Part shown: positions 40,823-50,037 of the stretch, one piece after another
Layout: each line of letters opens with the position of its first letter
Position numbering within the stretch: the first letter of the stretch is position 1
NCBI GenBank assembly: GCA_965220085.1
Contig: CBDCOZ010000003.1
Coordinates: 864,001-928,000 of the forward strand
Source of the DNA: Candidatus Oxydemutatoraceae bacterium
GTDB taxonomy: Bacteria > Pseudomonadota > Gammaproteobacteria > Poriferisulfidales > Oxydemutatoraceae
DNA: 64,000 nt
Reading direction: 5' to 3'
Translations under genes and position numbers: made by a program
The notes under the pieces: generated by a model
Databases searched by the model: none
Seen by the model: the letters and a program-made list of their open reading frames with translations, nothing else
What the model was told of the DNA's origin: nothing

Positions 40823-41638
40823 ATGGTTGTAATACGACTAGCGTGCGGCGGTTCCCGTAAGCGTCCGTTCTATAACATCGTTGTCACCGACTCGCGGCGA
40901 CCGCGCGACAGCGGCTATCTTGAGCGCATCGGCTATTTTAATCCGCGCGCGACGGATGAGGAAACATATATTGAACTGAATCGCGAGAGGATGGATTACT
41001 GGGTCGGCCAAGGCGCCAAGATTTCCGATCGCGTCAGCACATTGAGCAAGCGAGCCGCCAAGCCGCGCGACGAACAAAAGCCGCAAAAGAGCGCGACAGT
41101 GCGCAAACCGAAACAAGCGACGCACGATGAAATAATCGATGTGGTCGCCAAGAAAGCGGTGGTGGCCGAGCAACAGAGCGCTGCCGCCGCAGACAAGTCC
41201 GCCGCGCCGAAGAACGTTGCCGGCGCAGACAAGCCCGCCGCGCCGAAGAGCGTTGCCGGCGAAGCCAAGCCCGCCGCGCCGAAGAGCGTTGCCGGCGAAG
41301 ACAAGCCCGCCGCGCCGAAGAGCGTTGCCGGCGAAGCCAAGCCCGCCGCGCCGAAGAGCGTTGCCGGCGAAGCCAAGCCCGCCGCGCCGAAGAGCGCTGC
41401 CGGCGCAGCCAAGCCCGCCGCACCGAAGAGCGTTGCCGGCGCAGACAAGCCCGCCGCGCCGAAGAGCGTTGCCGGCGAAGCCAAGCCCGCCGCGCCGAAG
41501 AGCGTTGCCGGCGAAGCCAAGCCCGCCGCGCCGAAGAGCGTTGCCGGCGCAGACAAGCCCGGCACAGCACAAGCCGATGATACGACCCCGGACAAGCAAG
41601 GCGCCGACGCTGCCGCCGCCGAGAAGTCAGACGCCTGA
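40823..41638 (+). CDS. rpsP: 30S ribosomal protein S16 with long repetitive C-terminal extension
   Basis: MVVIRLA.GG..KRPFY.IVV.DSR..RD...ERIG.FNP; followed by rimM-trmD-rplS. Confidence 0.95.
   Translation: MVVIRLACGGSRKRPFYNIVVTDSRRPRDSGYLERIGYFNPRATDEETYIELNRERMDYWVGQGAKISDRVSTLSKRAAKPRDEQKPQKSATVRKPKQATHDEIIDVVAKKAVVAEQQSAAAADKSAAPKNVAGADKPAAPKSVAGEAKPAAPKSVAGEDKPAAPKSVAGEAKPAAPKSVAGEAKPAAPKSAAGAAKPAAPKSVAGADKPAAPKSVAGEAKPAAPKSVAGEAKPAAPKSVAGADKPGTAQADDTTPDKQGADAAAAEKSDA
41189..41560 (+). repeat. Ten 36-bp tandem repeats plus a partial copy inside rpsP, (A/E)(D/A)KPAAPKSVAG
   Basis: Direct reading of DNA and protein. Confidence 0.95.
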
Positions 41639-41678
41639 TCCTTCTCCCGCCTGTCGGTGTGCCGACAATTCCCGAACC

Positions 41679-42185
41679 ATGGATGATATCGTCATAGGGC
41701 GCATAGTCGGCGTATCCGGCTGTGGCGGGCATGTCAAAGTGATTTCCTTTACAGAGCCCAGAGATAATTTTTTGCAATTCAAGTCGTGGCTGGTCGGTCG
41801 CGAGGCCAAACCGTATGCGGTGCTCGATGTGAAGCGCAAAGGGCGCGGTATCGCCGCCCGCCTTGACGGGGTGAACGATCGCGACCGGGCCGCTGCCATG
41901 ATGGATTCCCAAATCGCGATTAAGCGGGAATGGTTGGGCGCGTTGCCGCGCGGCGAATACTATTGGTTTGAATTGACAGGCTTGCGGGTATTCAACCAAG
42001 ACGGCGCAGAGCTGGGGGCGATCACCAAGTTACTTGAGACCGGCGCGAACGATGTGTTGGTCGTCGAGGGACAAGGGCCGCGCTACCTGATTCCTTATGT
42101 TCGGGATACGGTGGTTACGGCGGTGGATTGCGAACGGCGGCGGATGCGTGTCAAGTGGAACCGCGAATGGCGCGATGCGGGTTGA
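41679..42185 (+). CDS. rimM: Ribosome maturation factor RimM
   Basis: VIGRI.G..G..G.VKV.SFT, GEYYW.EL.G, ETGANDVLVV, LIPY. Confidence 0.95.
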   Translation: MDDIVIGRIVGVSGCGGHVKVISFTEPRDNFLQFKSWLVGREAKPYAVLDVKRKGRGIAARLDGVNDRDRAAAMMDSQIAIKREWLGALPRGEYYWFELTGLRVFNQDGAELGAITKLLETGANDVLVVEGQGPRYLIPYVRDTVVTAVDCERRRMRVKWNREWRDAG

Positions 42186-42936
42186 TATTGTCAGTTTGTT
42201 TCCCGACATGATCGGCGCTTTGAGTCGGGGCGGAGTGGTCGGTCGCGCGCTTGAGCGCGGAGTCATACGCCTGAAGACATGGAACCCGCGCGACTATGCC
42301 AAAGGGACCTATGCCGCAACCGACGACCGCCCTTACGGAGGCGGGCCGGGCATGGTCATGATGGCGGAACCGACGGTCAAGGCCATTCGCGCCGCGCGCG
42401 CCGCCCGCGGCAATCGGCCTGCGGTTGTTTATATGACCCCGCAAGGAAAGCCGCTCACCCAAGCCACGGTCAATCGCTTGGCCGATTCGGGCGATTTGAT
42501 CATTCTTTGCGGGCGCTATGAAGGGATTGACGAGCGCATTGTGGAACTGGAGGTGGACGAGGAATGCTCGCTTGGCGACTACGTAATCAGCGGCGGCGAG
42601 TTGGCCGCCATGGTGCTGGCGGATGCAATTGCCAGACAATGTGGTACTGTAGTGGGAGACGCCGACTCGGTGCGGGAAGATTCGTTTATGACTGGACTTT
42701 TAGATTGGCCGCATTATACTCGTCCGCCCGAATACGAAGGTTTGTCGGTACCGCAAGCGTTGCGCAGCGGCGACCACGAGAAGATTAGACGCTGGCGGCT
42801 GGGGCAATCTTTGCTCAGAACGCGCAACAGGCGCCCCGATTTGTTTGAGAAGAGGCGGCTAAGCGAAGAAGAGCAAGCGTTGCTCGAGCGTTGCTTGCGG
42901 GAAACAAAGCATGACATGGAAAAAAAAGATGAGTAA
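42175..42936 (+). CDS. trmD: tRNA (guanine-N1)-methyltransferase
   Basis: [40 protein letters not shown]. Confidence 0.97.
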   Translation: MRVDIVSLFPDMIGALSRGGVVGRALERGVIRLKTWNPRDYAKGTYAATDDRPYGGGPGMVMMAEPTVKAIRAARAARGNRPAVVYMTPQGKPLTQATVNRLADSGDLIILCGRYEGIDERIVELEVDEECSLGDYVISGGELAAMVLADAIARQCGTVVGDADSVREDSFMTGLLDWPHYTRPPEYEGLSVPQALRSGDHEKIRRWRLGQSLLRTRNRRPDLFEKRRLSEEEQALLERCLRETKHDMEKKDE

Positions 42937-43282
42937 CTTGATTTCACAACTTGAAGCACAAAGCATAAACAAAGATATTCCGCGGTTTGCCGCGGGCGAT
43001 ACCGTCGTTGTGGCGGTCAAGGTAAAGGAAGGCGGGCGCATAAGGTTGCAGACCTTTGAAGGGATCGTGATCGCGAAGCGCAACCGCGGATTGAATTCTT
43101 CTTTTACCGTCAGAAAAATATCTCACGGCGAAGGGGTCGAGCGGACATTTCAAACCCACAGCCCCCTGATCGACCGCATCGACGTGAAAAGACGCGGCAA
43201 GGTGCGGCGGGCAAAATTGTATTATTTGCGCCAGCGCAGCGGCCGCGGCGCGCGGGTAAAAGAAAAACTTGGCAACGAGTAA
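42929..43282 (+). CDS. rplS: 50S ribosomal protein L19
   Basis: [37 protein letters not shown]. Confidence 0.98.
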   Translation: MSNLISQLEAQSINKDIPRFAAGDTVVVAVKVKEGGRIRLQTFEGIVIAKRNRGLNSSFTVRKISHGEGVERTFQTHSPLIDRIDVKRRGKVRRAKLYYLRQRSGRGARVKEKLGNE

Positions 43283-43308
43283 AAGAGCCGTCCGAATCAA
43301 TGCTCGGC

Positions 43309-43382
43309 GCGGGCGTCGTATAGTGGCATTACCCCGGCTTCCCAAGCCGGAGAGGAGGGTTCGATTCCCTTCGCCCGCTCCA
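43309..43382 (+). tRNA. tRNA-Gly (anticodon CCC)
   Basis: GCGGGCG/CGCCCGC acceptor stem, CCGGC-TT-CCC-AA-GCCGG anticodon arm, GGTTCGATT T-loop, CCA end. Confidence 0.97.
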
Positions 43383-43396
43383 ATCCCGTCTCCCCG

Positions 43397-44416
43397 ATGA
43401 TGCCTGCCCGGCCAAAAGACACGTTGCAACGTCCGCTTCGGGACTTGCGGATATCGGTGACCGACCGTTGTAACTTCCGTTGCAATTATTGCATGCCCGC
43501 GGACATATTCAACAGCGACCACAAGTTTCTGCAACGCGCGGAATTGCTCGGCTTTGAAGAAATACTGCGCGTCATCTCTTTGCTGGCAAAACTCGGCGTA
43601 AAAAAAGTGCGTCTCACGGGCGGCGAACCTTTAATCCGTCAAAACATCGATGCGCTGATCAAAGAGATCAGCCGACTGGGCGCCATCGAAGATATCAGCA
43701 TGACGACCAACGCATCATTGCTCGATGCAAAGATGGCGCGGCGCTTAAAAGACGCCGGGCTGTCGCGGATTACCGTCAGTCTGGATGCGCTGGATAACGA
43801 TGTGTTCCAAGCGCTGAATGGCGTCGCCATCCCGGTGACCCAAGCGCTTGCCGGGATAGACAACGCGCTCGCCGCCGGCTTCTCGCCGCTCAAGGTCAAT
43901 GCGGTCGTGAAGAGAGGGAGCAACGACGGCGAGGTGATGCCTTTGGCGCGACACTTTCGCCATAGCGACTGCATTCTGCGCTTTATCGAATACATGGATG
44001 TCGGCGCGACTAACGAGTGGAGGTTGGACGAGGTCGTGCCCGGCGCGGAGCTGATTGAAATGATCGATGCGGAGTTCCCGCTTGAGCCGATCGAAGCGAA
44101 CTACCGGGGAGAAGTCGCCAAGCGCTGGCGTTATCGGGATGGCGGCGGCGAGATCGGCATCATCGCATCGGTTACGCAACCGTTCTGTCACGATTGCGCG
44201 CGACTCAGGATGTCGGCAAAAGGAGAGTTATACGCCTGCCTCTTTGCCGAAACAGGACACGACTTGCGGAGTCTGTTGCGCAGCGGCAAGAGCGATGACG
44301 AGATCGTCCGATGGCTGCAAGATGTGTGGCGCAAGCGCAACGACCGCTACTCCGAAGAGCGCACCCAACAAGCGCAGCGGTTGCGCAAGGTGGAAATGTC
44401 CTATATCGGCGGTTGA
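43397..44416 (+). CDS. moaA: GTP 3',8-cyclase
   Basis: LRISVTDRCNFRCNYCMP, RFIEYM, FC.DC.R.R...G..Y.CL, MSYIGG. Confidence 0.97.
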   Translation: MMPARPKDTLQRPLRDLRISVTDRCNFRCNYCMPADIFNSDHKFLQRAELLGFEEILRVISLLAKLGVKKVRLTGGEPLIRQNIDALIKEISRLGAIEDISMTTNASLLDAKMARRLKDAGLSRITVSLDALDNDVFQALNGVAIPVTQALAGIDNALAAGFSPLKVNAVVKRGSNDGEVMPLARHFRHSDCILRFIEYMDVGATNEWRLDEVVPGAELIEMIDAEFPLEPIEANYRGEVAKRWRYRDGGGEIGIIASVTQPFCHDCARLRMSAKGELYACLFAETGHDLRSLLRSGKSDDEIVRWLQDVWRKRNDRYSEERTQQAQRLRKVEMSYIGG

Positions 44417-44485
44417 TCTTTTGCCCCTAAGGTATCCGGCGGCGCAGAAGGGCAGCGTTGCGGAGCGCACACAGGATGAGACGGG

Positions 44486-44574
44486 GCGCATCATGCCAAA
44501 CCAGAGCAATGCTTCTTGGGTATTCTTTATCAGGGTAACCCTTCCCGCTTTGCATGTGTTTTGGCATCATACGC
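44486..44574. mobile_element. Putative ~89-bp MITE-like element with imperfect terminal inverted repeats
   Basis: Left GCGCATCATGCCAAACCAGAGCA versus reverse complement of right end GCGTATGATGCCAAAACACATGCA; same core as the IS481-like ends at 51.6-58.6 kb. Confidence 0.45.
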
Positions 44575-44655
44575 ATTTTTCATTTCCGCGCTGTCATATC
44601 CCCCACGCTGTGATTAGTCGCCGCGCCCGAAGGCAACCGCAAACAGGGAAAAATC

Positions 44656-44900
44656 ATGAAACGAAAAAAACCAAATGGAAGCGCTGATGCTCTTGCCAAT
44701 GCTTTTAGAGATGTAATTGAGGAAGCGACCGCCCCTTTGAAGGAAGGGCATGAGATTCTTTTGGAAGAAATTATCGGAGCCAAAGCGTCCATTGAGCCCA
44801 TTGAAAAAACATGAAAACGGAACGGCAAAACAACAGCGTCCAATTTCGTGAAATCAACAAAAGGTTGGGCAAGATTGAAAAGCGAGCAAGCAACTTATAA
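44656..44900 (+). pseudogene. Small hypothetical gene, possibly frameshifted at an A6 run
   Basis: 52-aa ORF 44656-44814 overlaps a 29-aa ORF 44811-44900 (MKTERQ...FREINKRLGKIEKR); one extra A would fuse them. Confidence 0.35.
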
Positions 44901-44926
44901 CCAACCCTCACGAGGAGCGCCGACTG

Positions 44927-45474
44927 GCGCGCGCTATCGCAACGGCCCTTCGAGGAAGAGACGCAAGCGCTCCGCCAAGTGGCAAGCGCCAATCGATAGT
45001 TTGCCGTCATAGCCGCGCTGTCACACCGCGCGGATTCAATGCAGTGCGCCGCGCCATATTGCTTTGCCGAGTCGGCAATGCAGGCAATCAAGTTGCGCGC
45101 GCTATCGCAACGGTCCTTCGAGGAAGAGACGCAAGCGCTCCGCCAAGTGGCAAGCGCCAATCGATAGTTTGCCGTCATAGCCGCGCTGTCACACCGCGCG
45201 GATTCAATGCAGTGCGCCGCGCCATATTGCTTTGCCGAGTCGGCAATGCGGGCAATCAAGTTGCGCGCGCTATCGCAACGGTCCTTCGAGGAAGAGACGC
45301 AAGCGCTCCGCCAAGTGGCAAGCGCCAATCGATAGTTTGCCGTCATAGCCGCGCTGTCACACCGCGCGGATTCAATGCAGTGCGCCGCGCCATATTGCTT
45401 TGCCGAGTCGGCAATGCAGGCAATCAAGCTGTACGCGCTATCGTAGCGGTCCTTCGAGGAAGAGACGCAAGCGC
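44927..45474 (-). repeat. Three 168-bp tandem units downstream of adhesin-like 2, each carrying an orphan ...ERLRLFLEGPLR* coding copy
   Basis: Minus-strand TAG stops at 44934, 45102 and 45270, plus the gene's own stop at 45438, exactly 168 bp apart. Confidence 0.93.
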
Positions 45475-47021
45475 AAGCGCAGGCGCTCCACCAGGTTGAT
45501 GGTCATGGTGCACTCTTCGCTGTCTGCGCTGCCGGTGCCATCGATTACTCTGAAGGGGAAAGTGGCAAAGTTGGGGGTGACATCGTGGTTGCCCTCCGGG
45601 GGGTAATAGGTGAGCCGCGGTACTGAGCTCGTCGGGATTCTGGTGCCTCTGCTGATGGGCCTGGACCCGCCCTCAAGGTGCAAGGTGCCCTTGTCGGGGG
45701 CGGCTATGTTCAAGATGGCCAGTTTGTCGCCATCCTCGTCCATGAACGGGAAGTCGGAGACCTTGAAAAAGTATGGATTGGTCGCGGTTGCGGCGATGGA
45801 TACATTCACAGAGGCATCGGCGCAGGTAGGGGCGAAGTTGATATCGTTGACGCGGGTGGCGACGGAGCACAGCGGGCCCTCCACAGTCTCCGCCGTGGGG
45901 TGGCGGTCCCTGAAACTGGCGCAGACGCGGATGTACAGATTCACATGGGCTTGCCGGGGGGTGAATCTGTCCCCGCTCGCGCCGCTGATGGCGGCAAAGG
46001 GGTCATTGCCGGAGACGGATGACTGCCACTCCCACCTCAGGGTGTCGGCGTCTATGCCGTTGGGTTCGGTTATGCCTCTGGTGCTGGCGATCAGTTCGGT
46101 ATTCTGGTCGTAGGGAGTTCCGACGACGGAGTATGGCGTGGGGTTGCCGCTGGCGGCCACCTGGACGCTGCTGTCTGTTATGTTTATCGTCAGGGTGGCG
46201 GCATCGGCAGCTTCGTCGGCACGGCTGGAGCGCCCGCCATCATCCCGCACCCTGTATGTGAATGTGGCATAGCCTGCGCCGACGGTGGGGTTGGCATCCG
46301 GATAATATGCCAGAGAATCCACCTGGGTGATATTCAGAAAATTGTTGGCACGGACACATCTGGAGTTGGCAGTGCAATCAGTGCTGGGGGGCAAGCCATC
46401 CACCACCAATGTCAGAGTGCCGCGCGCGGGCGCCGACACTACGTAGATGCCATTGAGGGCATGGCCGTCCTCATCGGAAAAGGGGAAATCCGCTCGCGTG
46501 AACAGATAGGGGTCGGCGGAGCTGGCGATGTCCGGCACATTGACGTTGCTGTCGCCGCCGACGGGCCGGTCGATCACATTCACCACGGTGCCGATGCCCC
46601 GGCACCGGGTCTCGCTGTTGCCGGCGTCATCGTCAAAGGTGGCACAGACGCGGAGGAACTGGCCGACATGGACTTGCAGGGGTGTGAAGGTGGAAGCGGT
46701 GGCTCCGGCTATGGCGGAGTAGTCGCCGGCCGCCGGCGCGCCGGAGGCCGGGGCAACGGCCTGTTGCCAGGCCCAGGTGGGGGTGAATGTGGCGATGCCA
46801 TCGGGGTCGGTTATGCTGCCCTTAGTGGCGGTCAGCTGGCTGTCCTCATTGGGCCCTATACCGGGCCCTATCGCGGACTCCGACAGCATGGTCAGGTCGG
46901 TGCCGTCCGCCGCCGTCACCGCCGGCGCGCCGGTGGCGGGGCTGTTGGTCTGCGCCTGCAACTGACCGCATATGACAACAAGGGCGAGCAGGGCCAGCGG
47001 CAAGAGGCTAAGCCGCACCAT
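45438..47021 (-). CDS. Secreted modular Ig/cadherin-like protein (adhesin-like 2; A-B-A-B) ending LRLRLRLFLEGPLR
   Basis: Signal peptide (LQAQ); same modules as 36949-38223; true start may be ATG 47085, currently out of frame across the G tracts. Confidence 0.85.
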   Translation of the reverse strand: MVRLSLLPLALLALVVICGQLQAQTNSPATGAPAVTAADGTDLTMLSESAIGPGIGPNEDSQLTATKGSITDPDGIATFTPTWAWQQAVAPASGAPAAGDYSAIAGATASTFTPLQVHVGQFLRVCATFDDDAGNSETRCRGIGTVVNVIDRPVGGDSNVNVPDIASSADPYLFTRADFPFSDEDGHALNGIYVVSAPARGTLTLVVDGLPPSTDCTANSRCVRANNFLNITQVDSLAYYPDANPTVGAGYATFTYRVRDDGGRSSRADEAADAATLTINITDSSVQVAASGNPTPYSVVGTPYDQNTELIASTRGITEPNGIDADTLRWEWQSSVSGNDPFAAISGASGDRFTPRQAHVNLYIRVCASFRDRHPTAETVEGPLCSVATRVNDINFAPTCADASVNVSIAATATNPYFFKVSDFPFMDEDGDKLAILNIAAPDKGTLHLEGGSRPISRGTRIPTSSVPRLTYYPPEGNHDVTPNFATFPFRVIDGTGSADSEECTMTINLVERLRLRLRLFLEGPLR

Positions 47022-47038
47022 CGGATGCTTCCCGCACA

Positions 47039-47063
47039 GGGGAGGGGGGGGGGGTAGGGGGGG
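47039..47063. repeat. G4-A-G11-TA-G7 tract (poly-C on the coding strand) between upstream ATG 47085 and the adhesin-like 2 ORF
   Basis: Counted directly; ATG 47085 is 64 nt from ATG 47021 (one base out of frame). Confidence 0.85.
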
Positions 47064-47527
47064 TATTATAGACTTGTTTCTTCATAGTATTTCTCATCAT
47101 GGTATGTATCTCCTTTTCCGGTAAATGCAGTTGTGCAATGCGTACTACGCTATAAATAATCCACAAACAACTGAGTGTTGTTTGTGCTCCACAAACTGTT
47201 CATTGTTTCCCTCATTTAGCGTACTCTGCCACAAAATGCAGTCCTTTGCAAGCGTCGGTATCTCCTTCTGTCTAGCGAACGAATGCCGTACTATACCACA
47301 AAGTGCGAGTTATCCGCAATACCTTCAGGATTCTGTCTCACCCCTTGCACACCCTAGCATTTCCTTTCCCCGCTATGGCGGACGAACACTATTTATGCGG
47401 GGCATGGCGGTACGGCGGTATTGCTCGCCGCTCGCCCGAAAATGACGATGACACAGCGCTATTTCACAACGGCTCCCGTTGTCGCTCAAGCGGAATCCGC
47501 TATGTCCCGCCTTGAGATGTCCGGGTT

Positions 47528-47555
47528 TTGACATCAACCGCGCAGTTACTATAAT
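47528..47555 (+). promoter_or_regulatory. Sigma70 promoter upstream of the leuA leader
   Basis: TTGACA-16 bp-TATAAT, both hexamers perfect consensus. Confidence 0.75.
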
Positions 47556-47606
47556 GGCGCAATGAACAGAAAACGACATGACTGTTTCCAATCCTCACGG
47601 AGTGCG

Positions 47607-47651
47607 ATGCGCGCGCTTCGTTTGCAACTCTTTCTGCGACTGCCGCGCTGA
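47607..47651 (+). CDS. Putative leucine-rich leader peptide MRALRLQLFLRLPR
   Basis: GGAG SD; 5 of 14 codons Leu; lies between the promoter and the terminator ahead of leuA. Confidence 0.55.
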   Translation: MRALRLQLFLRLPR

Positions 47652-47705
47652 GCGGCGATTTTTGGCTGGCGAGCTTCGTACGCGTTCTTACATGCATTAC
47701 TTTAT

Positions 47706-47738
47706 AAGACCCTTGTTTTTTTAAGGTCTTCTTTTTTT
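47706..47738 (+). terminator. Intrinsic terminator/attenuator upstream of leuA
   Basis: AAGACC(C)TT ... AAGGTCTT stem followed by CTTTTTTT. Confidence 0.55.
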
Positions 47739-47751
47739 GGGGGTAAACAAA

Positions 47752-49296
47752 ATGGCAGCGGAAAAGAAATTGATTATATTTGATACGACATTGCGCGACG
47801 GCGAACAAAGTCCGGGCGCGTCAATGACCGAAGACGAAAAGGTGCGCATTGCAAAAGCGTTGGAAAAACTCGGCGCGGACGTGATAGAAGCCGGGTTTCC
47901 GGTCGCGAGTCCGGGGGATTTCAATGCGGTCGCGGCGGTCGCGGCGACCATCAACGACAGCATCGTATGCGGGCTTGCGCGCGCGCTGGACAAAGACATT
48001 GAGCAGGCCGCCGCCGCGCTGAAACCGGCGCGCGCCAAGCGCATTCACACTTTCATCGCAGCGTCTCCGATGCACATGGAGAAAAAGTTGCGGATGACGC
48101 CGCAACAGGTGCTTGAGCGGGCCGAAGCCGCGGTGCGCTTGGCGCGCAAGCACACCGACGATGTCGAGTTTTCGCCCGAAGACGCGGGGCGCTCCGAGGT
48201 CGATTTCCTGTGTCGTCTGATCGAGCGCGTCATCAAAGCCGGCGCGACGACGATCAACATCCCGGATACCGTGGGCTACAGCATGCCCGGTCAATTCGGC
48301 GAGTTAATCGCAACCCTGATCGCACAGGTGCCGAACTCCGACAAGGCCGTTTTCTCGGTGCACTGTCATAACGACTTGGGCCTTGCGGTGGCGAACTCTC
48401 TCAGCGCTGTCATGCGCGGCGCCGGACAGGTCGAGTGCACGATCAACGGCCTTGGCGAGCGCGCCGGCAATGCCGCGCTGGAGGAGATCGTCATGACGAT
48501 CAAAACACGGCCGGACATTTTTGACTGCGATGTCGCAATCGACACCACGCGGATTGTTCCGACCTCAAGGCTGGTATCGAGCATTACCGGATTTCCGGTG
48601 CAACCGAATAAGGCGATTGTCGGCGCCAACGCTTTTGCCCACGAGTCGGGCATACACCAGGACGGCGTGCTGAAGTTCCGGCAGACGTATGAGATCATGC
48701 GCGCCGAGGATGTCGGCTGGAAAGAGAACCGCATCGTGTTGGGCAAACATTCCGGACGCAATGCGTTTCAAGCGCGTCTGCGCGAACTCGGCGCGGAATT
48801 CAAGAGCGACGAGGAATTGGCGCGCGGGTTTGATGCGTTCAAGCGCCTTGCCGACAAGAAAGATGAAATCTACGACGAGGATTTGCAAGCCTTGGTGTCG
48901 GAGAGCGACAGTTTCAATCAGGACGAATTCTATCGCTTGTTGTCGCTGCATGTGGCGGCGGCAACCGATGCGACGCCCGATGCCGAGGTGTGTCTTGAAG
49001 TGGACGGCGCGCAAAAGACCGCGAATGCCAAAGGCGGCGGAGTGGTCGATGCCGCGTTCAAGGCGATCGAGACGGTCGTCGACAGCGGCGCCGAGTTGTT
49101 GCTCTATTCGGTGAACAACATCACTACCGGAACCGACTCGCAAGGCGAGGTGACGGTGCGCCTATCTCTAAACGGGCGCGTGGTAAACGGTCTGGGGGCG
49201 GACACCGATATTGTGATTGCCTCCAGCAAAGCCTATGTCAGCGCGTTGAACAAGTTGCATTGCAAAGCCGCCGTGGCGCAGCGCGAAGGGGTTTAG
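47752..49296 (+). CDS. leuA: 2-isopropylmalate synthase
   Basis: [35 protein letters not shown], regulatory domain. Confidence 0.97.
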   Translation: MAAEKKLIIFDTTLRDGEQSPGASMTEDEKVRIAKALEKLGADVIEAGFPVASPGDFNAVAAVAATINDSIVCGLARALDKDIEQAAAALKPARAKRIHTFIAASPMHMEKKLRMTPQQVLERAEAAVRLARKHTDDVEFSPEDAGRSEVDFLCRLIERVIKAGATTINIPDTVGYSMPGQFGELIATLIAQVPNSDKAVFSVHCHNDLGLAVANSLSAVMRGAGQVECTINGLGERAGNAALEEIVMTIKTRPDIFDCDVAIDTTRIVPTSRLVSSITGFPVQPNKAIVGANAFAHESGIHQDGVLKFRQTYEIMRAEDVGWKENRIVLGKHSGRNAFQARLRELGAEFKSDEELARGFDAFKRLADKKDEIYDEDLQALVSESDSFNQDEFYRLLSLHVAAATDATPDAEVCLEVDGAQKTANAKGGGVVDAAFKAIETVVDSGAELLLYSVNNITTGTDSQGEVTVRLSLNGRVVNGLGADTDIVIASSKAYVSALNKLHCKAAVAQREGV

Positions 49297-49299
49297 CGA

Positions 49300-50037
49300 A
49301 TGCCCGACGGATTGCACTCGATGGATAAAAAGAAACTCGCTTGTCTGGAAGGCATGGGGATAGATGTGTATGTGCCGCGCGGCGCGAAGGCGGAGGATGC
49401 GGCAGACGAATCCGCTGTGAGCGCGCGACAAGCCGCGGCGGATCCCGCCGCCGCGGATGCAGCATCGAATGCCAACAGTTGGAACCTGTTGCAACAGGAG
49501 GTGCGCTCCTGCGCCAAGTGCGCCGAACTCGCATCCGCGCGAACGCAAACGGTGTTCGGGGTCGGCGATGTCAACGCCGAGTGGATGCTGATCGGCGAAG
49601 CGCCCGGCATGGAAGAAGATCGCCGCGGCGAACCTTTTGTCGGGCGCGCGGGGAAATTGCTGGACAAGATGCTGCTTGCCATCGGGCTTGACCGCAGTAC
49701 CGTTTATATCGCCAACATACTCAAGTGCAGGCCGCCGGAGAACCGCAACCCGCGGCCGGAGGAAGCGGAGAATTGCAGCGGCTACCTGCGGCGGCAAATC
49801 GCATTGGTAAAGCCGAAGATCATTCTCGCGCTGGGAGGCGTCGCGGCCTCCGCGCTGTTGGATGCGCAGACACCGGTAGGGCGGTTGCGCGGGCAAGAGC
49901 ACCGCTTGCCGGGCGGCGATATTCCGCTGGTCGTTACCTATCATCCGGCATATTTGCTGCGCTCGCCGAATCAAAAACGCGCGGCATGGGATGATTTGCA
50001 GTTTGCGTGTCGCGTAGCCGGGAGGGAATTGCCGTGA
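49300..50037 (+). CDS. Family-4 uracil-DNA glycosylase
   Basis: C..C.L, GEAPG.EED..G.PFVG.AG.LL, N.LKCRPP.NR.P, YHPAYLLR. Confidence 0.93.
   Translation: MPDGLHSMDKKKLACLEGMGIDVYVPRGAKAEDAADESAVSARQAAADPAAADAASNANSWNLLQQEVRSCAKCAELASARTQTVFGVGDVNAEWMLIGEAPGMEEDRRGEPFVGRAGKLLDKMLLAIGLDRSTVYIANILKCRPPENRNPRPEEAENCSGYLRRQIALVKPKIILALGGVAASALLDAQTPVGRLRGQEHRLPGGDIPLVVTYHPAYLLRSPNQKRAAWDDLQFACRVAGRELP

Noticed and set aside
41139-41678. Long repetitive N-terminal extension of RimM
   Set aside because: Alternative frame of the rpsP repeat; RimM similarity starts at ATG 41679.
43383-43396. tRNA-Gly or tRNA-Arg as an island integration site
   Set aside because: Both tRNAs are followed directly by core genes; no integrase or duplicated tRNA 3' end seen.
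44771-45427. 218-aa minus-strand ORF with 56-aa repeats
   Set aside because: By-product of a 168-bp unit divisible by three; it is in a different frame from the conserved tag and has no recognisable features.
47350-47430. Possible REP-associated tyrosine transposase remnant (..MADEHYLCGAWRY..)
   Set aside because: Only about a dozen residues resemble a recalled motif; too short to support.
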